Shown in pieces: positions 17,439 through 25,762 of a stretch of 64,000 bases of DNA. The notes under the pieces are model-generated. The model did not search any database, was not told the DNA's origin, and saw only the letters and a list, made by a program, of their open reading frames with translations. The translations under genes were made by a program, and so were the position numbers. Source of the stretch: a virus; IMG/VR virus record IMGVR_UViG_3300032053_000017, positions 41,973-105,972 of that record. One strand, given 5' to 3'. Each line of letters starts with the position of its first letter. The first letter of the stretch is position 1.

Positions 17439-17608
17439 GCTGTACGCCGGGATACAACAAGCGGGAGCGGGCGCTGCTTTTCGCGCTTCGCCATCTGATA
17501 GGTAAGAACCACCCGCTCGACCCTGAAAGGTGCGAGGGATGCATGGAGATTGCCGGGTTCCTCACTATACCAGGGTATGAGTCGGTAAACAAGCAGGATG
17601 TCCATTGA
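17435..17608 (+). CDS. Small hypothetical protein (57 aa)
   Basis: Start and stop overlap the neighbouring ORFs. Confidence 0.45.
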   Translation: MSCTPGYNKRERALLFALRHLIGKNHPLDPERCEGCMEIAGFLTIPGYESVNKQDVH

Positions 17609-17937
17609 TGGTGCAGGTAGTACACTGCAAGCGTGAACGATACGATGTCTATATCGGTCGGCCGTCAAAGTGGGGCAACCCGTTTGTGATCGGACCAGAT
17701 GGCGACCGCGGTGAGGTCATAGCGAAGTACCGCGCATATCTGCTGGCCAGTCCGGGGCTTATGGCCGCCCTGCCGGAGCTGCGGGGAAAGGTGCTGGGGT
17801 GCTGGTGCAAGCCAGCCGCATGCCACGGGGACGTACTGGCGGAGCTGGTGGATTCTGAGCTCTGGACATTTGGCCAGCTTGATGAGCTTGATCGCATCAT
17901 CGCGGAGGGCGAAGGTCGCGATGAAGGCGTGCTGTAG
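17605..17937 (+). CDS. DUF4326-domain protein
   Basis: YIGRPSKWGNPF..LRGKVLGCWCKPAACHGDVL. Confidence 0.9.
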   Translation: MMVQVVHCKRERYDVYIGRPSKWGNPFVIGPDGDRGEVIAKYRAYLLASPGLMAALPELRGKVLGCWCKPAACHGDVLAELVDSELWTFGQLDELDRIIAEGEGRDEGVL

Positions 17938-17938
17938 T

Positions 17939-18016
17939 CGGGGTGTAGCTCAGTTAGGTCAGAGCACGCGGCCTGGGACCGCGGGGTCGGGAGTTCGAAT
18001 CTCTCCGCCCCGACCA
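17939..18016 (+). tRNA. tRNA-Pro(TGG)
   Basis: C1-G72, A73, CCA; C33. Confidence 0.93.
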
Positions 18017-18034
18017 TAACAAGGGTATTCTATA

Positions 18035-18131
18035 TTGGAGGGGAATTGCTCTATTTGAGGAGGGCTAGCCAGTGAGGCGGGACTGCTCATTCGCCGGTGA
18101 GACACCCGGTCTAGAGGTTCCGCCCCTCCAA
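18035..18131 (+). ncRNA. Unclassified ~97-nt structured RNA
   Basis: TTGGAGGGG/CCCCTCCAA closing stem with internal CTCTA/TAGAG, GTGAG/CTCAT and GCCGG/CCGGT pairings, between tRNAs. Confidence 0.45.
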
Positions 18132-18139
18132 ATGATAAT

Positions 18140-18231
18140 GGGCCGGTGGCCGAGTCTGGCTGAAGGCGGCGGATTGTAGACCCGCTCTTCCTAACGGGGG
18201 CACGGAGGTTCGAATCCTTCCCGGCCCACCA
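18140..18231 (+). tRNA. tRNA-Tyr(GTA)
   Basis: Cloverleaf, long variable arm, CCA. Confidence 0.92.
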
Positions 18232-18266
18232 ACATCTTTGACCGAACTGTGTTACAATAAGGAGAG

Positions 18267-18560
18267 ATGAAGATGAAACTGTATAGAGACGGACATACCT
18301 GGGTAGCTGAGAACATCGGCGAGACGCTGGGTAACCTCATCGCGTTCAGCGGCGACCTGAAGCTCGTGCTGCTTGAGTTGAACTTCGGTCTGCAACTGTT
18401 CGGATTTGGGTTTGACGGTTGGTTCAGCGCAAGCAAGTTCTACGGTCAGGCGGGTGGTGGGATAAGCCTCTTTACGCCAGCTGCTGGGTTCACCGTGGAA
18501 GGTGGGGTGAAGTGGACAGGGGAACTTGAGCGTCTGGACAGGCGCTCGGGTTGCATATAG
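18267..18560 (+). CDS. Beta-strand-rich protein A (paralog of the next ORF)
   Basis: SD AAGGAGA; alternating hydrophobic pattern. Confidence 0.6.
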   Translation: MKMKLYRDGHTWVAENIGETLGNLIAFSGDLKLVLLELNFGLQLFGFGFDGWFSASKFYGQAGGGISLFTPAAGFTVEGGVKWTGELERLDRRSGCI

Positions 18561-18576
18561 CGAGGAGAAGGATAGC

Positions 18577-18939
18577 ATGAGCATCAAGCCGTATGTATCT
18601 GTCGGTTCGTCTATAGCCAAGAGCGTTGGTGAGGCGCTGAAGAGGATCCCGGTCTTTGACCTGCAGGCGTACGCCACCCTTTCCGATGGGTTCGAGCTCG
18701 GCATTGGGCTCACGATAGCCGGCTTCTCGCTGGCGGTAGCGCTCAGTGCAGACAATGGGTTCGGCGACCTGAGCATCCAAGCTGGGTTCGAGACGCCCGC
18801 GTTCGGCGCAGACGTCATCATAGGACTAGCTTGGCCGGGTACCCTCCAGCGGCAGTTCGAAGCTGATGTACGCGCGGCGCTGACGACCCTAGCGACTGGT
18901 GACGCTGCCGGCGACGTTGCTGAGGTAGACCCGAAGTAG
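18577..18939 (+). CDS. Beta-strand-rich protein B
   Basis: Aligns with the previous ORF. Confidence 0.6.
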   Translation: MSIKPYVSVGSSIAKSVGEALKRIPVFDLQAYATLSDGFELGIGLTIAGFSLAVALSADNGFGDLSIQAGFETPAFGADVIIGLAWPGTLQRQFEADVRAALTTLATGDAAGDVAEVDPK

Positions 18940-19085
18940 CGGCGGGGTGGATAACGCAGAACTGGTTCACTGGATGCTCATAGGAGCCATCGGTCTTGTG
19001 GTAGGAACCGTCTGTGGCGGTGCCACAGCGAGTGTTCTCATCTTCTGGCTGATGATCAAACAGGGGTTCTTCAAGAAGGGTTGGC

Positions 19086-19607
19086 TTGACTGATAGCATG
19101 ATCCACAAAATAGTCATAGAGAAGAACAGAAGGCGGCCGGTCCTGCACGAGGTCTGCCGCGCGGTGCTGCCAGACGATGTGGACTGGCCGAAGATCCAGA
19201 AACTGGCGGACGACCTCGCTGACACGCTTGAGGCGAATCCCGATGCTGTTGGCCTCGCGGCCCCACAGGTCGGGGTCCCAGTGCGCGTCATCGCGGTACG
19301 GACCGGCAAGACGCAGATCACCGTGTTGGTGAACCCAGAGGTGGAGGTCGAGCGCGGGTGGAGGATGATTGAGGAGGGCTGTCTGTCGCTTCCGAAGCGT
19401 ACGTTCCTTGTGCAGCGTTCACAGACTGTGTGCGTGCGCGCTCTCAAGGCATCCGATGGCACTTCGGTGAAGCTGACGGCGCGGGGCAACGCGCTAGCTC
19501 AAGCGCTTCAGCACGAGATAGACCACTTGAACGGGGTGCTTTTGACCGAGCGGGGTAAGGAGCGCCTGCCAGGTGTCCAGAAGATCATCGACCCCTGGGC
19601 GAAGTGA
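19086..19607 (+). CDS. def: Peptide deformylase
   Basis: GLAAPQVG, EGCLS and QHEIDHLNG motifs. Confidence 0.95.
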   Translation: MTDSMIHKIVIEKNRRRPVLHEVCRAVLPDDVDWPKIQKLADDLADTLEANPDAVGLAAPQVGVPVRVIAVRTGKTQITVLVNPEVEVERGWRMIEEGCLSLPKRTFLVQRSQTVCVRALKASDGTSVKLTARGNALAQALQHEIDHLNGVLLTERGKERLPGVQKIIDPWAK

Positions 19608-19711
19608 TGTCGAAGCGTGGGAGCAGAAAACGTCATTCCCTACCGCGGCCGACCAAGTCCCGCAGGGGAAGCAGGAAGGCCAACGCCAGGCGGTACAAGC
19701 GGCTGGGGTAA
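19607..19711 (+). CDS. 34-aa Arg/Lys-rich peptide
   Basis: TGATG coupling to def; MSKRGSRKRHSLPRPTKSRRGSRKANARRYKRLG. Confidence 0.45.
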   Translation: MSKRGSRKRHSLPRPTKSRRGSRKANARRYKRLG

Positions 19712-19735
19712 AGGTTCTGGCTAAGGTGCCGATAA
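19709..19735 (+). promoter_or_regulatory. Sigma28 (FliA/SigD/WhiG)-type promoter TAAA-N15-GCCGATAA
   Basis: Perfect consensus TAAAGGTTctggctaaggtGCCGATAA, followed by an SD and ORF. Confidence 0.85.
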
Positions 19736-19756
19736 TAGAGGTAGGAGGCGTAGATC

Positions 19757-19888
19757 ATGGGTACTCTGGTAAACATCGTCGTTATACTTTTGCTCGCGTG
19801 GCTTGGCGTGATTGTGCTCTTAGGCTTGACAGCCGTATTTTGTACAGTATTTGCGGCGGTCACATACCTGCTACGGTCGTCCAGATAG
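19757..19888 (+). CDS. Small membrane protein (43 aa)
   Basis: SD AGGAGG; almost entirely hydrophobic. Confidence 0.55.
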   Translation: MGTLVNIVVILLLAWLGVIVLLGLTAVFCTVFAAVTYLLRSSR

Positions 19889-19901
19889 GAGGCTAGCGGC
19901 C

Positions 19902-20237
19902 ATGACTATGAAATACCGGGGCAGGAACGGGCACACGGTCGAGAAGCTCGTGTATGGCTGCTGGGAGCCACTCCCATTGGCGCCGAGTCTTAAGATCAGA
20001 AACCATTCTCCGACGGGGTTCAGCTGGGGCTACCTTGGCAGTGGTCCGGCACAGCTCGCGCTGGCGCTGCTGCTGGACGCGATGGACGCACAGACCGTCG
20101 ATGAGATCGCCGACATCACCAGTGAGTACCAGAACTTCAAGACGAAGTTTGTGGCCAGGTGGCACACAGATGGCGAGTGGGAGATCGACGCCATGACGAT
20201 CCGTGACTGGCTGTTTGAGAAGGGAAACCCACTGTGA
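19902..20237 (+). CDS. DUF6166-domain protein
   Basis: NHSPTGFSWGYLGSGPAQLALALL..YQNFK. Confidence 0.8.
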   Translation: MTMKYRGRNGHTVEKLVYGCWEPLPLAPSLKIRNHSPTGFSWGYLGSGPAQLALALLLDAMDAQTVDEIADITSEYQNFKTKFVARWHTDGEWEIDAMTIRDWLFEKGNPL

Positions 20238-20626
20238 GAGCTGAGAGCGCGGTATTCTATCTGTCGGGCGGCTTCTATGGCGACTGGCAGACGCGGCTCC
20301 AGAAGGAGTGCGCCGGCCTCAAAGCATTCAACCCTGAGACAGCCGTCGGTGGAGATGCTCTCTATATGTTCGTAGCTGCTGACCTCGATGCGATCGATGT
20401 GGTCGACGGGGTTATCGCGCGTTGGGACACCTACCCGTACGTCGAGGGGACGATGGCCGAGATAGGTTACGCCGTGGCACGGGGCAAGCCTGTGCTCCTT
20501 ATCTTAGACGGTGTGACTATTCCGAACCCCTTCATCCTTGGCCTGGCGCGACGGGTCTTTGTAGGTATGGATGCGTTCATCACCTGGTGGAACGACCGGG
20601 TGAAAAAGGGAACTCCGATAGCTTAG
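20234..20626 (+). CDS. Nucleoside 2-deoxyribosyltransferase-like
   Basis: YLSGG, FNP, DLDAID..DGVIA and GTMAEIGYAVARGKPV. Confidence 0.85.
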   Translation: MRAESAVFYLSGGFYGDWQTRLQKECAGLKAFNPETAVGGDALYMFVAADLDAIDVVDGVIARWDTYPYVEGTMAEIGYAVARGKPVLLILDGVTIPNPFILGLARRVFVGMDAFITWWNDRVKKGTPIA

Positions 20627-20646
20627 CTAGGTGAAAGGACGGTACA

Positions 20647-21678
20647 ATGGGTAAGTGGTTTAAGGTAGCTATAGTAGGACTCATAGCGGCAGCGGCTGTC
20701 GTGCTGGCCTCCGCGGTGTACACGCCGGCATCGGCAGTTGGTGTTGGTGGTGGCGGCGGCGGCGGCGGCGGCAAGACGCACACGCCGACAGCGACGGCGA
20801 CGGCAACATCTACGCCTCAGACGTACCAAGTCATTGAGGCGAAGGCGCTGACCGAGCACGAGTGCGACTGCCACGAGTGGCACTTCGTCATCAACAAGGT
20901 CAAGGAAGGCCCGCAGGGCGACAGGTACAAGTATGTTCCGTCGCACATCCACGTAACTTGGGCCAATGGCGATACTGAGCGTGTGGACGTGGACGAGAAG
21001 TATGCGGACGGCAATTGGAGGGTTGGGCACTACACCGTGGACCATAACCTCAACTTCACGGTTACCAGCGCTACGGCCGAGATATATGGGGAGTGGGACG
21101 GGCAGTTCAACCTCAGTCATGGTCCGTGTCCTCCGTCAACTAAGACGCCGACTCCGACGCTTACACCAACGGCGACTGCGACGACGGTTCCGACGGATAC
21201 TCCGACGGCGACTCCGACGGACACGGCTACGCCTGAGCCGACGGCAACGGATACCCCGGAACCTACGGCAACAGAGGTCCCGCCGACGGATACCGCGGTG
21301 CCCACGGCGACGCTGACCCCGACCCCGGAGGATACGGATACTCCTGTCCCGACGGACACGGCTACCCCGCTTCCGACGGATACGGCGACGGCGACCCCTT
21401 GGCATCGTGAGCACACTCCAACGCCTGAGGCGACCTCTACAGTTGCTCCGGAGCCTACAGCTACAGCGACGATACCTCAGGCGCGTCTTGAGCCTCTGGT
21501 CCCGCCGGCGCCGCCTGCGGTTGTACTACCTAGCGCTGGAGAAGGTTTGGAGAAGACTGACGTTCCGCTGGGGCTCGCGATTGGCGTGGCGGTATGTCTC
21601 GTCATCATGTCCGGGTTCATCACCGTTATCGTGGCGTGTTGCGTTCGTGGCGCAAGGTGGTTGAGGAGGGACAGTTGA
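20647..21678 (+). CDS. Secreted/surface protein with PT-rich stalk and LPxxG-like anchor
   Basis: Signal peptide, globular domain, long Pro/Thr repeat, then LPSAG + TM helix + basic tail. Confidence 0.75.
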   Translation: MGKWFKVAIVGLIAAAAVVLASAVYTPASAVGVGGGGGGGGGKTHTPTATATATSTPQTYQVIEAKALTEHECDCHEWHFVINKVKEGPQGDRYKYVPSHIHVTWANGDTERVDVDEKYADGNWRVGHYTVDHNLNFTVTSATAEIYGEWDGQFNLSHGPCPPSTKTPTPTLTPTATATTVPTDTPTATPTDTATPEPTATDTPEPTATEVPPTDTAVPTATLTPTPEDTDTPVPTDTATPLPTDTATATPWHREHTPTPEATSTVAPEPTATATIPQARLEPLVPPAPPAVVLPSAGEGLEKTDVPLGLAIGVAVCLVIMSGFITVIVACCVRGARWLRRDS

Positions 21679-22823
21679 GGATCATAGACAGCTCCCCAGA
21701 GGGTGGCCTGCAGATCTTCGACTGGGCAGACAACCTCGAGCAGGGGGCGTTTCACCAGGCGCGTGACATCGCGGCGTTGCCGTTCGCGTTCCATCATGTG
21801 GCTGTCATGGCTGACGGGCACCAGGGCTTTGGGATGCCGATCGGCGGGGTGCTCGCGACGCGCGGCGTCGTGGTCCCGAACGCGGTTGGCGTTGATATCG
21901 GCTGCGGGATGATAGCTGTCAGGACCGACAGGTCGGTCTTCGGCTTGACGCCGGATACGCTCAAGAGGATCCTTGCAGACGTGCGTAGGACGGTTCCGCT
22001 TGGTTTGGGTAAGCGCCATGACCAGTCGCAGGACTGGGAGGGGTTTGGTCGTGCACCGAATCTGCCCGTCATCCAGCGGCAGCTGGAGGCGGCTAGGAAG
22101 CAGCTCGGTACACTGGGCGCGGGCAACCACTTCATCGAGATACAGGCTGATGATGCTGGCTCCGTATGGGTGATGGTTCACTCCGGCAGTCGTAACTTCG
22201 GGCTGCAGGTTGCCGGCGAGTATCACAGGACAGCTAAGGCCCTGTGCGAACGGTGGCACTCCAAGCTCCCGACGCCAGATCTTGCATTCCTGCCCATCGA
22301 GACACAGGACGGCAAGGACTATATGGAGGCCATGAACTACTGCCTCGAGTTCGCGAAGGCGAGCAGGGCGTTGATGATGACTCGGGTTGTCGAGGCGCTT
22401 GGGGCAACGGTCTTTAAGTCACTTGACATACACCACAACTATGCTGCATGGGAGCGTCACTTCGGTCAGGATGTGCTCGTCCACCGGAAGGGCGCGACAT
22501 ACGCCGGCTTGGGAGTGGAGGGGATCATACCTGGTTCGATGGGTACGGCGAGCTACATCGTCAACGGGCTTGGCAACCGTCTGAGCTTCAACTCGTGCTC
22601 GCACGGGGCGGGCAGATGTATGAGTCGCACGGCTGCACGGCATGACCTCGACCTGGTGGAGGAGCAGGCGAAGATGGGCAGTGTGGTCGGAGGGCCACGG
22701 ACTGTTGCGGACCTCGATGAGGCGCCAGGCGCATACAAGGACATCGACGCGGTCATGGCCGCACAGGTCGACCTCGTGGAGGTTGTTACAAAGCTGCACC
22801 CATTGGCCAGCTTGAAGGGATAG
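21675..22823 (+). CDS. rtcB: RtcB RNA ligase
   Basis: DIGCG, GNHF, HSGSR, HN, HRKGA, PGSMG, SHGAGR and DEAPGAYK motifs; TTG start after GAGGAGG. Confidence 0.95.
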   Translation: MRIIDSSPEGGLQIFDWADNLEQGAFHQARDIAALPFAFHHVAVMADGHQGFGMPIGGVLATRGVVVPNAVGVDIGCGMIAVRTDRSVFGLTPDTLKRILADVRRTVPLGLGKRHDQSQDWEGFGRAPNLPVIQRQLEAARKQLGTLGAGNHFIEIQADDAGSVWVMVHSGSRNFGLQVAGEYHRTAKALCERWHSKLPTPDLAFLPIETQDGKDYMEAMNYCLEFAKASRALMMTRVVEALGATVFKSLDIHHNYAAWERHFGQDVLVHRKGATYAGLGVEGIIPGSMGTASYIVNGLGNRLSFNSCSHGAGRCMSRTAARHDLDLVEEQAKMGSVVGGPRTVADLDEAPGAYKDIDAVMAAQVDLVEVVTKLHPLASLKG

Positions 22824-22827
22824 AGCA

Positions 22828-24818
22828 GTGATGAAACGATGGGGCGGTGAGTTCCCGCACACGATCAAGAAGTGGCCGCAATTCTCCTGGCGCGTGGTGT
22901 GGGCGTTCGTTTGTCAGTGGGGTCCATGGCAGTTCAGCCACCATGGCGACATGGAGGCAGGGGGTGCCAGACACCTGATTCACGAGTATCGTGTATGCAT
23001 GTTTCCTGGCTGCGATGCGCGGCAATGGAGGAGTCGCTGGGTATGAGCACTGAGCCGGGGTGGTTGACAGAGTACTGGGACGCATACGTCGACCTCGTTA
23101 GCGAGAGGACCGCCAGCGTGTGGGAACTCTACCGCGGCGGGTCTTTTGTCGCGATGCTGCTGCTGTACTCGGCGGAGTTTAACGCTGAGATCTCGGCAGC
23201 TGCTCGGGAGGCGGTGAAAGCATAGTGGCTCCAACTCAAGAAGAGAAGAAGCAGTTCTACGAGAATGTCCAGACGCTTGGTGAGGCGCTGCTTGCGGCCA
23301 TGCCACACCTCGGGTGTGACGCGTGCAAGGCACCGAAGGAGGTCAAGCGGTGCCGATGTGATTGCCACGTGGACTACTACCCAGGTGAGGTGGAGCCGTG
23401 AGCAAACAGGTTATCTTTGAGATTGTGTTCTGGACATTGGCCTACGGCCTGTCAGTGGCGCTTTTGTTGGGGGTCTTCTATTCGGTTTTCAGGATAGAGG
23501 CGATTATGAGCAAGGGAGGCTGTCCATGAAGAAGAAGTTCTGTTATTCAGGTAGACGCCCGACCAAGCGTATGAAGAAGGGGCCAAAGAGTGTCTAGGAT
23601 AGCGTTGGTCGTTGTTGCAGGGCTGCTACTAGCAGGGGCAATTCCGGCAGAAGCGGGCTGGCTCTTGATTGTCTTTGGTCTAAGCCTGTGGGACTGGCTG
23701 GCGTCATGACCAAGGAGAGCAGCGCTGAGAAGAATAGGGCTCTTCTGCCGCTGGCTGAACAGATGGCGAAGAGCGCGCGGCTGCTAAGGGAGTTCAATAC
23801 TCAACGCGATGCGTGCAGAAGCTCGAACAAGGGTAGGAAGCAGTCGACTTTTGAATATCCGTTCGAGGAGACGATAATCGGTTTTGACAAGGGCGAGGTT
23901 ACCCTCGATGAGGTCATGGCCGAGTATAGGGAGCGCCTCCGCCTTGCTAGAGAAGGGAGGACACACAGGTCGTGAGTGTTGGAAAGGTGATCAACCGACT
24001 TGTAACGGCGGTAGTGTGCGCGGCTCTGTCGGTATGCGTGGTCTTAATGCTGTGGGTGATGTTCAATAGCGCAGTTACGCTGGTGGAAGCGGTGCTGGGT
24101 AGCGACAGTGCGCCGCGCACTTGCTACACCGTGACGGACGAGCGCGGCGGGATCTACAGAACGGACTCGCCGGTGCAGGCCATGGAGGTGGTAGCTGGGA
24201 TGCCGGCCGTGAGGTGGGAGGATAATGGGGAGGTGATCTATCTCTTCAGGCCGCTGTCGGTGACGTACAACGCGGACCTGTGCGAGACCGGCCAGAACAT
24301 CAAGGCTGTGGAGGCGCAGAGATGACAGACGCTGGGATATTCAGAGACACCGATTATCGTCTTCCCGAAGAGCCAGCGCCGGAATTGTGTGATGAGGACG
24401 GCTGCGAGGAGGAGGGGATCCACGAGCTGGAGTGCGGGACGTGCGGGGGTATCGTGGGCCGGCTCTGCGACGGGCATATCGAGGAACTGGAGAGAAGGCT
24501 GATGGCCAATCGCGCAAGGAAGGTCGAGGTGCAGAAATGATGACCGACGAGGCTCCCAGGCAGCGGTGGGAGATCGTCCCGCCGCCGGGGTCTGACAAGG
24601 CCCTGGATGCGGGGTGTAGGTGCCCAGTCATGGACAACGGTCATGGCAGGGGACGGGGTAACCCGCCGGAGTTCTGGGTTAGCGAGGATTGCCCGATGCA
24701 TGGGAAGGGTTACGCGGTTGACGGACCTCAGGGTCCTGATGGCATAGACCCAGGCCACTCAGTCGATGGTATAGACCCGGGCCATTCAGTCGATGGACCT
24801 CAGGGGAGGCGCGCATGA
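22828..24818 (+). CDS. Run of small hypothetical ORFs (e.g. 22828-23046, 23688-23975, 23972-24325, 24322-24540, 24537-24818)
   Basis: Overlapping start/stop codons; several Cys-rich or membrane proteins. Confidence 0.5.
24738..24797 (+). repeat. 27-bp tandem repeat (DGIDPGHSV x2)
   Basis: GATGG(C/T)ATAGACCC(A/G)GGCCA(C/T)TCAGTC twice. Confidence 0.8.
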
Positions 24819-24963
24819 AGGATAAGCAGGTGTGTAGACTTAACAGCAGGCTGGGGGTGGCTGATAATCGAAAGGGGGTGATCCAGTATCGTCTTTCGGA
24901 TGCTGTTGGTCTGAGTCGCTCTAAGGAGTGCGTATGAAGTAGCAGAGAGCTAAGTGTGTTATG

Positions 24964-24995
24964 GGCCGGTCCGGGTTTCTCGGGCCGGTCTTTTT
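24964..24995 (+). terminator. Intrinsic terminator
   Basis: GGCCGGTCCGG..TCGGGCCGGTC-TTTTT. Confidence 0.75.
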
Positions 24996-25017
24996 GTCGT
25001 ATAATGGCAATGAGGAT

Positions 25018-25500
25018 ATGATGCCAATTGGAGTGTATGAACGAACGCCTGAAACGCGCATAAAGATGGGCATAAGCCAAAGGACAAGTGTTAAGGCTAT
25101 TGCTCATCGAACGGTTATGCACACAGCGTTGAAGCGATGGTGGGCGTCAATGACTTTAGATGCGCGTCAGAAACATCTTGCTCACGCGTGGAACGCTGCT
25201 CGTCATGCTAGAAGCCCTAATAAGGCGGAGTTGCGACTGTTTAAGATAATTGAGAATCTAGGCTTTCCGCGCTTCACCGGTAGTGGCACGGTTCGGATAG
25301 GCAGTAAATACCCTGACTTTGTACACAGCGGGTTGCCGGTGGTGGTTGAGATGTTCGGTAATTGGTGGCACAAAGGGGATGACGGCCGTGCTCGTAGAGC
25401 CTATCTCGCCCGGCGCGGCTATCGGATGGTGATCGTGCGTGAGCGCGAACTCAGTCATCCAGATGTTATCCGGCGTCGAGTAGAACGAGCGCTCAATTAG
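25018..25500 (+). CDS. Vsr/DUF559-type putative homing endonuclease 2
   Basis: MPIGVYERTPE; PNKAE..YPDF..VVEMFGNWWH..GYRMVIVRERE. Confidence 0.8.
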   Translation: MMPIGVYERTPETRIKMGISQRTSVKAIAHRTVMHTALKRWWASMTLDARQKHLAHAWNAARHARSPNKAELRLFKIIENLGFPRFTGSGTVRIGSKYPDFVHSGLPVVVEMFGNWWHKGDDGRARRAYLARRGYRMVIVRERELSHPDVIRRRVERALN

Positions 25501-25714
25501 CCAAAGGAGGTGGTTCTTATGGAGGCAGACGACTATGACAGACAAGAAACTGCCACCGGTAGTCCTCAGCGGCGCGGTTGCGCTCTTCGTGTACCGTTAC
25601 TTCATGCGTGTTTCTCCGCCCGGACCAGCTTCCGAGAAGGTGTTTCAGATAGTGCGCAAGAGTCTTAAGCGGGGGCTTGACGACTCTGGAATTGACGCCC
25701 AGATTAATGTCTAG

Positions 25715-25746
25715 AGGTTTCATCAGTACATCACAAAGTATACAAT
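25715..25746 (+). promoter_or_regulatory. Phage promoter motif copy 3 (AGGTTTC-N19-TACAAT)
   Basis: Exact motif and spacing, intergenic. Confidence 0.72.
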
Positions 25747-25762
25747 TGATACGTCGGTAGAA

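Noticed and set aside
14135-18231. Suppressor tRNA, stop-codon recoding, or theta (HDV-like) ribozymes at tRNA 3' ends
   Set aside because: There are no CTA/TTA/TCA anticodons, the genes are intact under the standard code, and I recognised no HDV-like L3/J4-2 pattern.
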